Shown: in pieces, positions 55,937-64,000 of the stretch | How the letters are laid out: every line of letters starts with the position of its first letter | Numbering within the stretch: position 1 is the stretch's first letter | DNA from: an uncultured virus (IMG/VR IMGVR_UViG_3300037466_001780) | Taxonomy: Duplodnaviria > Heunggongvirae > Uroviricota > Caudoviricetes | Strand: one strand, 5' to 3' | DNA: 64,000 bases | IMG/VR virus record: IMGVR_UViG_3300037466_001780 | Program-made: the position numbers and the translations under genes | The notes under the pieces: model-generated | The model's input: the letters and a program-made list of their open reading frames with translations, nothing else | Databases searched by the model: none | What the model was told of the DNA's origin: nothing

Positions 55937-56484
55937 AGCGGCTTCTTTTGGATGATGTTAAACCCTGTCGGGGGTTTAATCTTGTACTCATAATCAGACA
56001 CGATCCAAAGCGTTTTCGCGTCGTGCTGTTTACGTATAAACGATTCTGCAAAGGCATCCACTTTCTGCTGCATCCGTTTTTGGCTTATGACCGTGCGCTG
56101 TAACTCGATTAGGATTGCTTCGCCATCCAATCGAGTGTAAGCATCCGGACTGTACTCGTCGTTCACTTTCGGTTCGACTTCATATACCTTGGGCTGGCCG
56201 ATCTGTATGTAGAGGTCGGCTATCCCGAGATAGTGCTGAATCTTAGGCGATTGCGGGTGAATAACTGAAGGATTCGGCATGTAGAGGTACGGTCGATCCT
56301 TCACTTGCGGAATCGGCAGAACGTATCCATCCCTTGTCAGCCGCTTCATTACTCGGTTTATGGTCAGTACCGGGCGGGCTACTTCAGGACAAGTCAGCGA
56401 AGCCAGTTGATCCCTTGACAAAACTCGGAAGTGTTTCAGAAGTTTCACGATCCTCTGATCCCTCTGCATCATCTTGGTTTCCAC
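55921..56484 (-). CDS. replication-relaxation (Replic_Relax) family protein
   Basis: wHTH RDQRIVKLLKHFRVLSRDQL; HYLGIAD, PDAY and IELQR PD-(D/E)XK-like motifs. Confidence 0.82.
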   Translation of the reverse strand: METKMMQRDQRIVKLLKHFRVLSRDQLASLTCPEVARPVLTINRVMKRLTRDGYVLPIPQVKDRPYLYMPNPSVIHPQSPKIQHYLGIADLYIQIGQPKVYEVEPKVNDEYSPDAYTRLDGEAILIELQRTVISQKRMQQKVDAFAESFIRKQHDAKTLWIVSDYEYKIKPPTGFNIIQKKPLDAVI

Positions 56485-57574
56485 TCTTTCTGTACTTATT
56501 CAGGATTGCGACGGACTGTTCAGCCGACATGTAGGGAACCTGAACCGTTTCCGGGAATCCGTCGAGAATAATCGCCCGGCCCTTAATCCGTCCAATATGC
56601 GCTGCATCCGGCAAGTCGAGAATGATCTTGGAATTCGTTTCATCTGCCGTAGCAAAACATATCCTCGATAACATGTTTGCCTTAGTTCGCGGTGCTAATA
56701 CATCCTTGGCATCCGGTCGTTGGGAGGCGATAACTAAATGTATGTCAACATATCCGGCTGTCTCTGCTATTTCAGTGACCATCTCTTGAATAACATCGTC
56801 GTCCGCAAATCGGCCGTATTCATCGACGATTACAAAAAGCGGATTGACCTTTTCGTCGGGATACCGTTCGCGCAACTCTTTGAGGTCAACGCAATCCCCC
56901 TTGGACTTCAGCAACGCCTTCCGTTCCGCCACTTGATTTTGCACATCAGCGAGGAATACCCGAGCCTCCCCACCCGTTTCGGCGGTCTTAACTTGCGGGA
57001 GATTTTTGAACGGGTAAAGGTCAGTTATCTTATTATCAATGAAGATGATTTCGATGTTACCGTTCGTCACATCTATAAGATGGGTAGCCAAAAGCCGGAG
57101 GAATACCGACTTGCCCATCCGGGTTGCCCCGCCTACAAGAAGATGGCAACACGTTTCATCCCAGAAATCGAGCATCTTCAGCCCGAACGGAGTAAAAAGC
57201 GGAATCGAAAGTCCCTCTTTCGGAAGTTGGTCAGTATAGTTCATGCTTGAACTGAAAGGGGCGATGCCGAATTGAATCTCGAAAGTCGCACCGTAAAGCT
57301 GCTTGAACCGGACGTGTGTAGCGGTCGCCTGTTCCAACTCTTTCTTGTGCGCGGTTAAGTCCTCGTCGGTGATGCCGTAGGGTAGCGACACTTCCGCAAC
57401 GACGGATTCTCCATCCCGGCGAACGTTCTTCAGATTCACGCCCTCGAAACATTTCATATTTTCGAAGTACGCATTGGCCGAGCGTTTGATTACCGCTGTC
57501 GGCGTAAGCCTTTTGGCCCCGAACACGGAACCCGCCATCATCGCGGCCCCGACAGTCATAAGAGACAAGATCAT
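56384..57574 (-). CDS. FtsK/SpoIIIE-family ATPase with N-terminal membrane anchor
   Basis: HLLVGGATRMGKS, VIVDEY, IHLVIASQRPD, IKGRAI and VQVPY motifs. Confidence 0.9.
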   Translation of the reverse strand: MILSLMTVGAAMMAGSVFGAKRLTPTAVIKRSANAYFENMKCFEGVNLKNVRRDGESVVAEVSLPYGITDEDLTAHKKELEQATATHVRFKQLYGATFEIQFGIAPFSSSMNYTDQLPKEGLSIPLFTPFGLKMLDFWDETCCHLLVGGATRMGKSVFLRLLATHLIDVTNGNIEIIFIDNKITDLYPFKNLPQVKTAETGGEARVFLADVQNQVAERKALLKSKGDCVDLKELRERYPDEKVNPLFVIVDEYGRFADDDVIQEMVTEIAETAGYVDIHLVIASQRPDAKDVLAPRTKANMLSRICFATADETNSKIILDLPDAAHIGRIKGRAIILDGFPETVQVPYMSAEQSVAILNKYRKSGNQDDAEGSEDRETSETLPSFVKGSTGFADLS

Positions 57575-57589
57575 GTAACTCCCTCCTTC

Positions 57590-57622
57590 ATTAATATGTT
57601 ATGCGGATATATTATGTTACAT
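57590..57622 (-). promoter_or_regulatory. sigE/sigK-like promoter for the FtsK operon
   Basis: ACA-16-CATATTA (also CATA-14-CATATTA) directly upstream of the AAGGAGG SD. Confidence 0.4.
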
Positions 57623-57649
57623 TCTGTCACATGAAAGGTGTGATATGGT

Positions 57650-58138
57650 ATGCGGGTACTATGCTTTGATCCGTCAGGCAACTTTAGCGCTAATGAAGGG
57701 AAAGGCAGTTCTGGGTGGGCGTATTTCGAGGACGGACAACTGAAGGATTTCGGCAATATAAAAGCCGAAAAAGCGGAGAGTATTGAAAGGTATTGGCACG
57801 AACACGCTCGATTAATCGACCGATGGATGCCGAACAAAATTGTATGCGAGTCGTATAAGTTACAGCCCGGCAAGGCTATGGCACAATCGCACTCATCTTT
57901 AGAAACCAGTCAATTAATCGGCTATATTCGTATGACCGCTTGGGGGCATGACTACGGAGAAATATCATTCGTACTCCAAGACCCGGCTTGCAAAACCCGC
58001 GTAGCCGATCCGATTTTAGAGCGCATGGGCATCATCGAAAAACGAGGTAATCGTTACTACTGCCAAGACAAACTCACGAATGACCATCAACGTGACGCAA
58101 TACGCCACGGCGTATATTGGCATAAATATGGTAAATAA
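57650..58138 (+). CDS. RuvC-like resolvase
   Basis: VLCFDPSG...SGWA, IVCES and HQRDAIRH motifs. Confidence 0.8.
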   Translation: MRVLCFDPSGNFSANEGKGSSGWAYFEDGQLKDFGNIKAEKAESIERYWHEHARLIDRWMPNKIVCESYKLQPGKAMAQSHSSLETSQLIGYIRMTAWGHDYGEISFVLQDPACKTRVADPILERMGIIEKRGNRYYCQDKLTNDHQRDAIRHGVYWHKYGK

Positions 58139-58295
58139 GCCGCTGAAATTTTCGTCGCGCTACCCTAACGAAGTGGACACGAAAATTAAGGAATATGAAA
58201 AGCGGGGATACAAACTGAAGAACAGAGGGGTTTTCCGGAATGACCGGGGAGCCGCAGACCAAATTAAACATTGGGCGGTGATGATACGTGAGTAA
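58128..58295 (+). CDS. hypothetical protein
   Basis: probable start MVNKPL, overlapping neighbours. Confidence 0.45.
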   Translation: MVNKPLKFSSRYPNEVDTKIKEYEKRGYKLKNRGVFRNDRGAADQIKHWAVMIRE

Positions 58296-58482
58296 CCCGA
58301 TATTGATCGAGATAGTGAAGATGTTCGAGGCACAGCAGGAGAAGGGCTTTAATAAGTACGGAGAGTATGTCAATATTGACAGTTATTCAATCATCGGATG
58401 GATTGAACACGCGCAACAGGAAATGATAGACGGACTCGTATACCTTGAATGTATCAAACAGAAATTAAAAACCCCCGATTAA
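58288..58482 (+). CDS. conserved small phage protein
   Basis: QQEKGFNKYG...WIEHAQQEMIDGLVYL. Confidence 0.75.
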   Translation: MSNPILIEIVKMFEAQQEKGFNKYGEYVNIDSYSIIGWIEHAQQEMIDGLVYLECIKQKLKTPD

Positions 58483-58496
58483 GCACCGGGGGTTTT
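58467..58496. terminator. bidirectional terminator
   Basis: aaaacccccg...cgggggtttt. Confidence 0.8.
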
Positions 58497-58661
58497 ATTA
58501 TGGTTTTTGATGATGCCGTACAGCGTTGTCGCTGCGGTAATTAAAAGTACGATACCTTCCACAATCGTTTGCTGTGTGTCATCGTCGATGCTGATGTGGA
58601 AAACTCCCCCGGCGATCAAAGCGATAAGTGCAACGATAGGCGCGATTACGGTTTTACTCAT
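58479..58661 (-). CDS. small two-TM holin
   Basis: two hydrophobic helices, YGIIKNH C-terminus; next to the lysin. Confidence 0.75.
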   Translation of the reverse strand: MSKTVIAPIVALIALIAGGVFHISIDDDTQQTIVEGIVLLITAATTLYGIIKNHNKTPGA

Positions 58662-59263
58662 TTTATCCCTCCTATTTTTCGTACTTCATCGGCAAGGCGA
58701 TGGATTTCCTCTCTTGTTAGCGGGACGCCTCCGGCGTTGTGTATGTCGAGGTTCCAAGCCTGCCCAAGAATGGCGACAATCTTTTCAGCATCCTCTTTTT
58801 TCATTTCGGCATCATACTCCTTCAGCCCTTCGGATTGGATGATGGCGTTCAGTTTCTTTGCGTAGTCCGGATCGGTCGCATACCCGCATAAGTGAAGCGC
58901 GTCCGTCTGTTCTTCAGACGTTTTCGCTGAACGAACTCTAGCGTATCGGATCGCTTGGAACAAGCGATCTTGATCCCGGTAGAAATCGTATATGGAATCG
59001 TAGGCTCGCCATACGGCGGTTGTCGTTATACGACGGCCGCCCACGACTTCCCACGTTGGTGTTGTGTAGGTCTTGCCCTTCCAAAACTCGTTCGGCGTTC
59101 CCCCGCCTACCTTAAATCCCCCAAGATTGTTATACTGGTTCAGGTTACAGCCTGTCTCCAAGATGTTCTGCGCGATCCGGACTGAAGGAAGAAGCGGAGA
59201 GCCTTCTTTCCTTGCCCGGATTGCGTGCGGCGCAACGGTTGCTATAAAGTCGGATCGGTTCAT
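58658..59263 (-). CDS. endolysin, GH73 glucosaminidase
   Basis: IAQNILETG, NNLGGFK, TWE and GYATDPDYAKKL motifs; start MNRSDF coupled to the upstream stop. Confidence 0.88.
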   Translation of the reverse strand: MNRSDFIATVAPHAIRARKEGSPLLPSVRIAQNILETGCNLNQYNNLGGFKVGGGTPNEFWKGKTYTTPTWEVVGGRRITTTAVWRAYDSIYDFYRDQDRLFQAIRYARVRSAKTSEEQTDALHLCGYATDPDYAKKLNAIIQSEGLKEYDAEMKKEDAEKIVAILGQAWNLDIHNAGGVPLTREEIHRLADEVRKIGGIK

Positions 59264-59493
59264 CCTTGCTCCCTCCTTTGTTCCGTAACCCATTTTTTGA
59301 TCGCCTTGACGTCGGACTGAAGATTGTCGAGTGCTTGAAGTCCCTTGGCTTGCATTTCAATAACCGCGATGAATCGCTTTTCCCGCTCGTCATTCTTTTT
59401 AAGAACATATCGGATAATCCACCAAGTTCCGGCCGCTAATCCGACGAGTAAAACGTAGAATGGGCTGTCCGACGCATTGATAAAAGGCTCCAC
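59260..59493 (-). CDS. BhlA/UviB-like holin
   Basis: one TM, then YVLKKNDEREKR and DVKAIK. Confidence 0.75.
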   Translation of the reverse strand: MEPFINASDSPFYVLLVGLAAGTWWIIRYVLKKNDEREKRFIAVIEMQAKGLQALDNLQSDVKAIKKWVTEQRREQG

Positions 59494-59505
59494 TGTTCGA
59501 CCTCC

Positions 59506-62500
59506 TTATTGTCCCAAATTAATAGGCTTACCGAAGGGACTTAGGAGTTGGCCGATTGCGTCTAGGATGCTCGTCTCTCCGCTTCCAACATCATAGGCTG
59601 TGCGCCCATACTTTCCGCCAATATTGCCTAAAGCGTATTTAGCCCATGCGCCGGGGTCGAACCCGCCCTTATACTCTCTTTCATAATCAATGGGCTTCCC
59701 GGTGTAAAGGCTTTTGTTAGTTGCAACTTCCGTCGGAACTTTGAACATCGGGTTGAGCGACGAAAGCCCGTACCGGAGCGTTTCCGGAACGCTGCCGCTT
59801 AACACTTCATTCAGGTCGTTCAGCGGAAGCATAGGATCGCGGCCTTTGCCAAGCACTTTGAAGTAAGAAGGAACGGAGTACCCCGGCATGTCGGAGTTGT
59901 CGCCTTGATTCGCCCTCTTAATTCGCTCGTAAGTGCTGTAAAAACGCGGTTGCTGTGCGAGTTTTTCGATCTGAAGCGGGACGTTGTTTTTCATCCAGTT
60001 CCAGAACGGCACGATAGTCCGCATCACCCGGTCGCCTGTTGTCATTTCGTGATAATTGAATAAGTGCTTGCGAACCAAATCTGAAGCGTGCTTCGTGGAG
60101 CCTGTTTCCAGCCCCTTCATAAACAGCGCAAGCCGTGTCACGTTGTCGGCAGGCTCCCCGAGTATTCTCCGCATCCCTTTAGCGACTTTGTTGTTATACA
60201 TAAAGTGCGCTACTTTTGCGGTTCCGCCTTTTGCTTGACCGCTTTTAAGGTACTCGGTCGGGTTGCCTTGATGCAGGACGCCCGTTTCAAGGGCTTGATC
60301 CCATACTTTCTGCTGTTCCGCTGTCGCTTTGCCCCGCTTCATGGCAATCATCAGTTTCCCGGCATCAACGTAGTTCTTACTAGAAACGCCAGCGAGTGCG
60401 TTATTAAACAAGTTACCTGTGAAGTTGTTCATATAGTGCGATGGAACGTAGGTCGTATAAACTGAACGGATGATGCTCGTCACATTTTCGGCCAAAGTCA
60501 GGAACTTTTGAAAACCCTTATCCGTAAAGACTTGATCCGTTTTCTTCATCGCGTCGAACACTTCTTTATGAATCAACGTTCCCGGCTTTAGGTTGAGTGC
60601 GCCCGCTTCTTCCTTCGTCAACTGATGGAATTGACCTTTCACCCTAGCCGCTTCCGGCGTGTTGCTAATTGTATCGCGGATTAACCCGTTCTTCCGAAGT
60701 CCGTCCTGCAAGTCTTTCATCGCCCGGACTTTGATAGACTTGGTGTAACGTTTACCGAGCGCGTCGATAGGATCACGTTCGAACAGATTGGATAGAATGT
60801 CGATTTTATCGTTGATTTCTGCCAACGCTTCCGGATCGGTCGTTTTCTTCGCAGCGTCATCCAACTTATTAAGCGCATTATCAAGTTCCGCGAACGAATC
60901 GAAGGACTTCCGTTCTTTCGAAAACTTACTGCTTGTTCCCTTGGCTACGAGCCTTGCGAACGATTCGTCTTTCTTTGCGTACTCCGCAGCCCTGTCAAGC
61001 GCGTCCTGCGAAAGGTTTTTGATAACGTGCGGAGCGTAATTCGGAAGAACGCCCTGAAGAATACCCCGCTTGCTTTCTTCGCTGGCGATCTTTTGATAGA
61101 TCGGACGAAGTTTATTGGCAACGGCCTGTGCGCGGTCTGAAATAGCCACGTTGTAGTTGTCCGGAAACTTGTTTTCGAGCAGATAGGCAACTTGCTTATT
61201 TTCTTCTTCGGAGAAATCCTTCGTCGCTTTCTTCAGGTCAGCAACGACATGTTCAGCCTCCCGCATCCCGACACGCTTCACGTTTTCGGCGTTTTGGATT
61301 TGTTCAGCCGCATGATTTACAATGCCTTCTCCCGCGACACCGAGTGTCCGGGGATTAAAGACATCGGTAACTTTGCCAATTTGGTCGCCTAGTTTCGACC
61401 TGCCGCCCATATCCTGAATGAACTGGTCGAGCGTTTTCGGAAGGCTAAAATCTTTCGCAACTTCCCCGGTAATTTTCTGTCCGAGGATAGGCTGGTCAAC
61501 AATTTCTGCCGTATGGCTTACATCGCCTATTTTCGTAGCCGCATCGTCAATTGCAGTACGGATTGCATCGGCGGTTTTTCCTTTAATCGTGCCGGGCAAT
61601 TTACCAAGAGCCGCGCCGAACGTCCGCATCGCTTCAGGCCCAAGATTACGCAAAGCAGGAATGTCATTTTCCAAACTTTTAACAAACGGCGCGAGTCGGT
61701 CTGCAACTCGCGGATCGAGTTGACTAAGGAAATCTTCGGCCTGAAATGGATGATAATTTACAAACTGGTTATGGCCGATAACTTGATCTTCGACATTAAA
61801 ATCCCGAAGGTTGTTCTTCAAATTGCCGTCATTACCGCGAAACTTGTTGATGTAATCTTGGGCGACTTTGGACTGTTCCTGAAGATGGGCAAACTCTTGT
61901 ACGTTCATGTCTTTTAAGTCATTAACTTCGATACCCATCTTCTTCAGAATCGCCTTTTGTTCTACATCCGTTTTTGCACCGATGTTGGCAAGGATGTCGG
62001 CGGCTGAAGCGGCTCCGGTAAGCCCAATCTTCGCCGGATTCTTCATCAAAAAGCCCGGTTTTGTGCCGAACTGTTTGGTGATTTTGGTAAATGGGATATC
62101 GAGGTTAATAAGCGCGTTTTGTGCTTGCCCACGCGCTGCTTTGCCTGCCCCTTCAATCGCATCGCGGGCGGCGAAACCTTTCTTAACGGCGAACCGTTCC
62201 GCGAGGTCGGGGTTAATACCCTTTGCAATAAGGTCGTTCTTCAGTTTTTCGAAGATATTAACGGCGGTATTTCCGGCGATATTGGTCAGGTTTTTGCCCT
62301 TAGTTGCTGCTTTTACGCCTGCTTTACCTGCTTCTTCAAGCGCGACTTTGCCTGCTGCTCTTGCCCCGGCCTTCATCGCGGAGCCTGCGCCGAAGGTTAA
62401 AAACGTGAGCGGATCGAATAAAATATCCCCCGCAAGCCCGCCCCATTTCAGCGCGGCGTCATTCTTCACACCAAAATTTTTAAGCGTTTGATCGAATCCC

Positions 62501-62901
62501 GGTTCGTTTGCTCCGGCTGAAGCCATCGAGCCGATAATCGGAATGTCCCGCGCATCGCCTGTACCGTCATTCCAAGCGTCCAACTGTCCTTTTCCAGCGC
62601 GAAGCCCAAGCTGAAGGGCATTGATAAATGGGATGTCATTTGCCCGGAGTTTACCGTCCGACCAAGCATTCGTCAGCGACGTAAGCGGTTTGGACGTTGC
62701 ATTAAGCGTATGAAGGGCTGTCTGCCAAAGCGGTTGATGATAACCCGAGGGAGAACCCCCGGACGAACCGGAGGCTTTCGGGTTAAAACTGAAAGCAGCA
62801 TCGCCGCCGATAGGGACGATAGGGGCGTGTCCTGTCGCGGGGCCAATTATATTAGAGCCGATTAAAGCCAATATTTCTTCTGCTGTACGTGCCACATTCA
62901 C
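59506..62901 (-). CDS. large internal virion / ejection protein
   Basis: 1131 aa helical protein with DILFDPL, NYAPH, NNFTGN and IVPFWNW motifs. Confidence 0.7.
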   Translation of the reverse strand: MNVARTAEEILALIGSNIIGPATGHAPIVPIGGDAAFSFNPKASGSSGGSPSGYHQPLWQTALHTLNATSKPLTSLTNAWSDGKLRANDIPFINALQLGLRAGKGQLDAWNDGTGDARDIPIIGSMASAGANEPGFDQTLKNFGVKNDAALKWGGLAGDILFDPLTFLTFGAGSAMKAGARAAGKVALEEAGKAGVKAATKGKNLTNIAGNTAVNIFEKLKNDLIAKGINPDLAERFAVKKGFAARDAIEGAGKAARGQAQNALINLDIPFTKITKQFGTKPGFLMKNPAKIGLTGAASAADILANIGAKTDVEQKAILKKMGIEVNDLKDMNVQEFAHLQEQSKVAQDYINKFRGNDGNLKNNLRDFNVEDQVIGHNQFVNYHPFQAEDFLSQLDPRVADRLAPFVKSLENDIPALRNLGPEAMRTFGAALGKLPGTIKGKTADAIRTAIDDAATKIGDVSHTAEIVDQPILGQKITGEVAKDFSLPKTLDQFIQDMGGRSKLGDQIGKVTDVFNPRTLGVAGEGIVNHAAEQIQNAENVKRVGMREAEHVVADLKKATKDFSEEENKQVAYLLENKFPDNYNVAISDRAQAVANKLRPIYQKIASEESKRGILQGVLPNYAPHVIKNLSQDALDRAAEYAKKDESFARLVAKGTSSKFSKERKSFDSFAELDNALNKLDDAAKKTTDPEALAEINDKIDILSNLFERDPIDALGKRYTKSIKVRAMKDLQDGLRKNGLIRDTISNTPEAARVKGQFHQLTKEEAGALNLKPGTLIHKEVFDAMKKTDQVFTDKGFQKFLTLAENVTSIIRSVYTTYVPSHYMNNFTGNLFNNALAGVSSKNYVDAGKLMIAMKRGKATAEQQKVWDQALETGVLHQGNPTEYLKSGQAKGGTAKVAHFMYNNKVAKGMRRILGEPADNVTRLALFMKGLETGSTKHASDLVRKHLFNYHEMTTGDRVMRTIVPFWNWMKNNVPLQIEKLAQQPRFYSTYERIKRANQGDNSDMPGYSVPSYFKVLGKGRDPMLPLNDLNEVLSGSVPETLRYGLSSLNPMFKVPTEVATNKSLYTGKPIDYEREYKGGFDPGAWAKYALGNIGGKYGRTAYDVGSGETSILDAIGQLLSPFGKPINLGQ

Positions 62902-62907
62902 ACCCCC

Positions 62908-64000
62908 TTAGTTCGGGTTATACGTATGCCCACCACCGCCGCCACCGTTGCCGATAACTTTCGTTTTCAGCAGGTCGGCCACGCCTGTTTGTCCCGGCAG
63001 TTTTGCAAAGGTGAGGTCGTCAAGGACTTTGGCGTAGGCGTTTTGTGTGCCTAGCGCGTCAGCGATTGCAGATTGAATTACCTGCTTATCGTGATCGTAT
63101 GTTGCCGATTTCGGATCGAGTTTCGTAAGTTGCGTGGTGTACGTTGTAATTTCCGTACCTTTTTGCTTAATAATCGTGGCAAGATTTTTCGCTTGTTGCG
63201 ACCATTGGGAACTTTGTAATTTATCGGCGTTTTGCGATGCTTTTACGATAAATTCATTCATATCCTGATCCAATTTCGCTTTATTGCTGTTTGCTCGTTC
63301 GATAATCGCATTCGCAGAGTTAACTTCCGACGCTTGGTTATGCCGAACAGATTCAGCCAGTTTCAGCGAGTCGATTGTCGGCTGTCCGGTTGTTGGATCG
63401 TAGCCTAAGAATTGCGTCATTTTCAGGTTGTATTCCTGCGATAACTTCGCGGCGAGTTGTTGGTTGGAATTGTCCATTTTCGCATAAGCGATTTTTTCGT
63501 TGCTATCCAGTTTGTCATAGAACTGCTTATCCTGTTGACCCAACTGGTCGTATTTAAACTGAAGATTGCCCATATCGGTGTTGTAGCCCATCGTCTTGCC
63601 GAGAAGGTCGATCATCGCTTTCGCCCGGTCGGTCATATTCTTGCTTCCGGACTCGTACATTTTTTGGAACAACTGTTGTGCGATTTGGCTTGTGTTGACG
63701 TTTGCAAACTTCGTACGCGCATCTGCTAGGCTTTGGCTGTACCCGGCTGCGACTTTCTGTGCTTGGGCAAGTGCGTCTTGGTTCGCCCGAGCCAGCGTCC
63801 GGCCTTGTGACAGCAGGAGGCGGGTATCCTGATCGTTCGCAAGCCCCGATCCGGCAAGGCCGCGATTTGCCATCGCCTGCCGAGCCTGAAGATAGTCTTG
63901 GAACGTTTTATCCTGCAAGTCCTGTTTCGTGTTGGCTAGTCCAGAATTGATCCGCGAGAGGTCGGCCTCTTGGTTGGCGTTTAGCGAGTTAATAAGATTC
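62908..64000 (-). CDS. internal virion protein (5' part outside the window)
   Basis: frame open to the window edge; ANRGLAGSG motif, Q/A-rich coiled coil. Confidence 0.7.
   Translation of the reverse strand, partial: NLINSLNANQEADLSRINSGLANTKQDLQDKTFQDYLQARQAMANRGLAGSGLANDQDTRLLLSQGRTLARANQDALAQAQKVAAGYSQSLADARTKFANVNTSQIAQQLFQKMYESGSKNMTDRAKAMIDLLGKTMGYNTDMGNLQFKYDQLGQQDKQFYDKLDSNEKIAYAKMDNSNQQLAAKLSQEYNLKMTQFLGYDPTTGQPTIDSLKLAESVRHNQASEVNSANAIIERANSNKAKLDQDMNEFIVKASQNADKLQSSQWSQQAKNLATIIKQKGTEITTYTTQLTKLDPKSATYDHDKQVIQSAIADALGTQNAYAKVLDDLTFAKLPGQTGVADLLKTKVIGNGGGGGGHTYNPN

Larger units (their letters stand above)
16721..64000. mobile_element. Phage B: near-complete podovirus-like genome (P22-like morphogenesis, PolA/primase-MCM replication)
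   Basis: own terminase, portal, capsid, replication and lysis genes; GC-richer; no tape measure or integrase in view. Confidence 0.85.

Noticed and set aside
63915..64000. Frameshift or true start at 63918
   Set aside because: The frame stays open upstream (…SGLANTKQDLQDK), so the gene simply runs off the window

Overview
The window holds no host chromosome. It reads as parts of two different Bacillales (probably Paenibacillaceae) phages joined inside one tail-fibre gene. Phage A (1 to ~16.7 kb, visibly AT-richer, SPbeta-like large temperate phage) carries speD, a DnaE polymerase that appears to start at ATA, a RuvC-like resolvase, xis, an intact attP-like site and a tyrosine integrase. On the minus strand follow its lysis cassette, tail-fibre genes and a free-standing HNH endonuclease. 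Phage B (~16.7 kb to >64 kb, GC-richer, P22-like podovirus layout, no integrase in view) carries terminase, portal, scaffold, capsid, adaptor, nozzle and tail fibre (minus), then an early region of small ORFs with repeated operator-bearing promoters and many RNA hairpins. Its replication module has an SNF2 helicase, a Cas4-like nuclease, Sak4, SSB, a zinc-finger/Toprim primase fused to an MCM helicase, PolA, MazG and RuvC. It also has its own lysis genes and ejection proteins. Best leads: (1) a candidate sporulation-coupled system in phage B (FtsK/SpoIIIE plus replication-relaxation nuclease, with sigF- and sigE/K-like promoters); (2) the two-phage junction, either a cointegrate or an assembly chimera; (3) the Toprim-MCM fusion and its tRNA-like pseudoknotted leader; (4) unannotated structured RNAs at 35.1-36.1 kb. 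All calls come from reading motifs by eye; no searches or folding programs were run.
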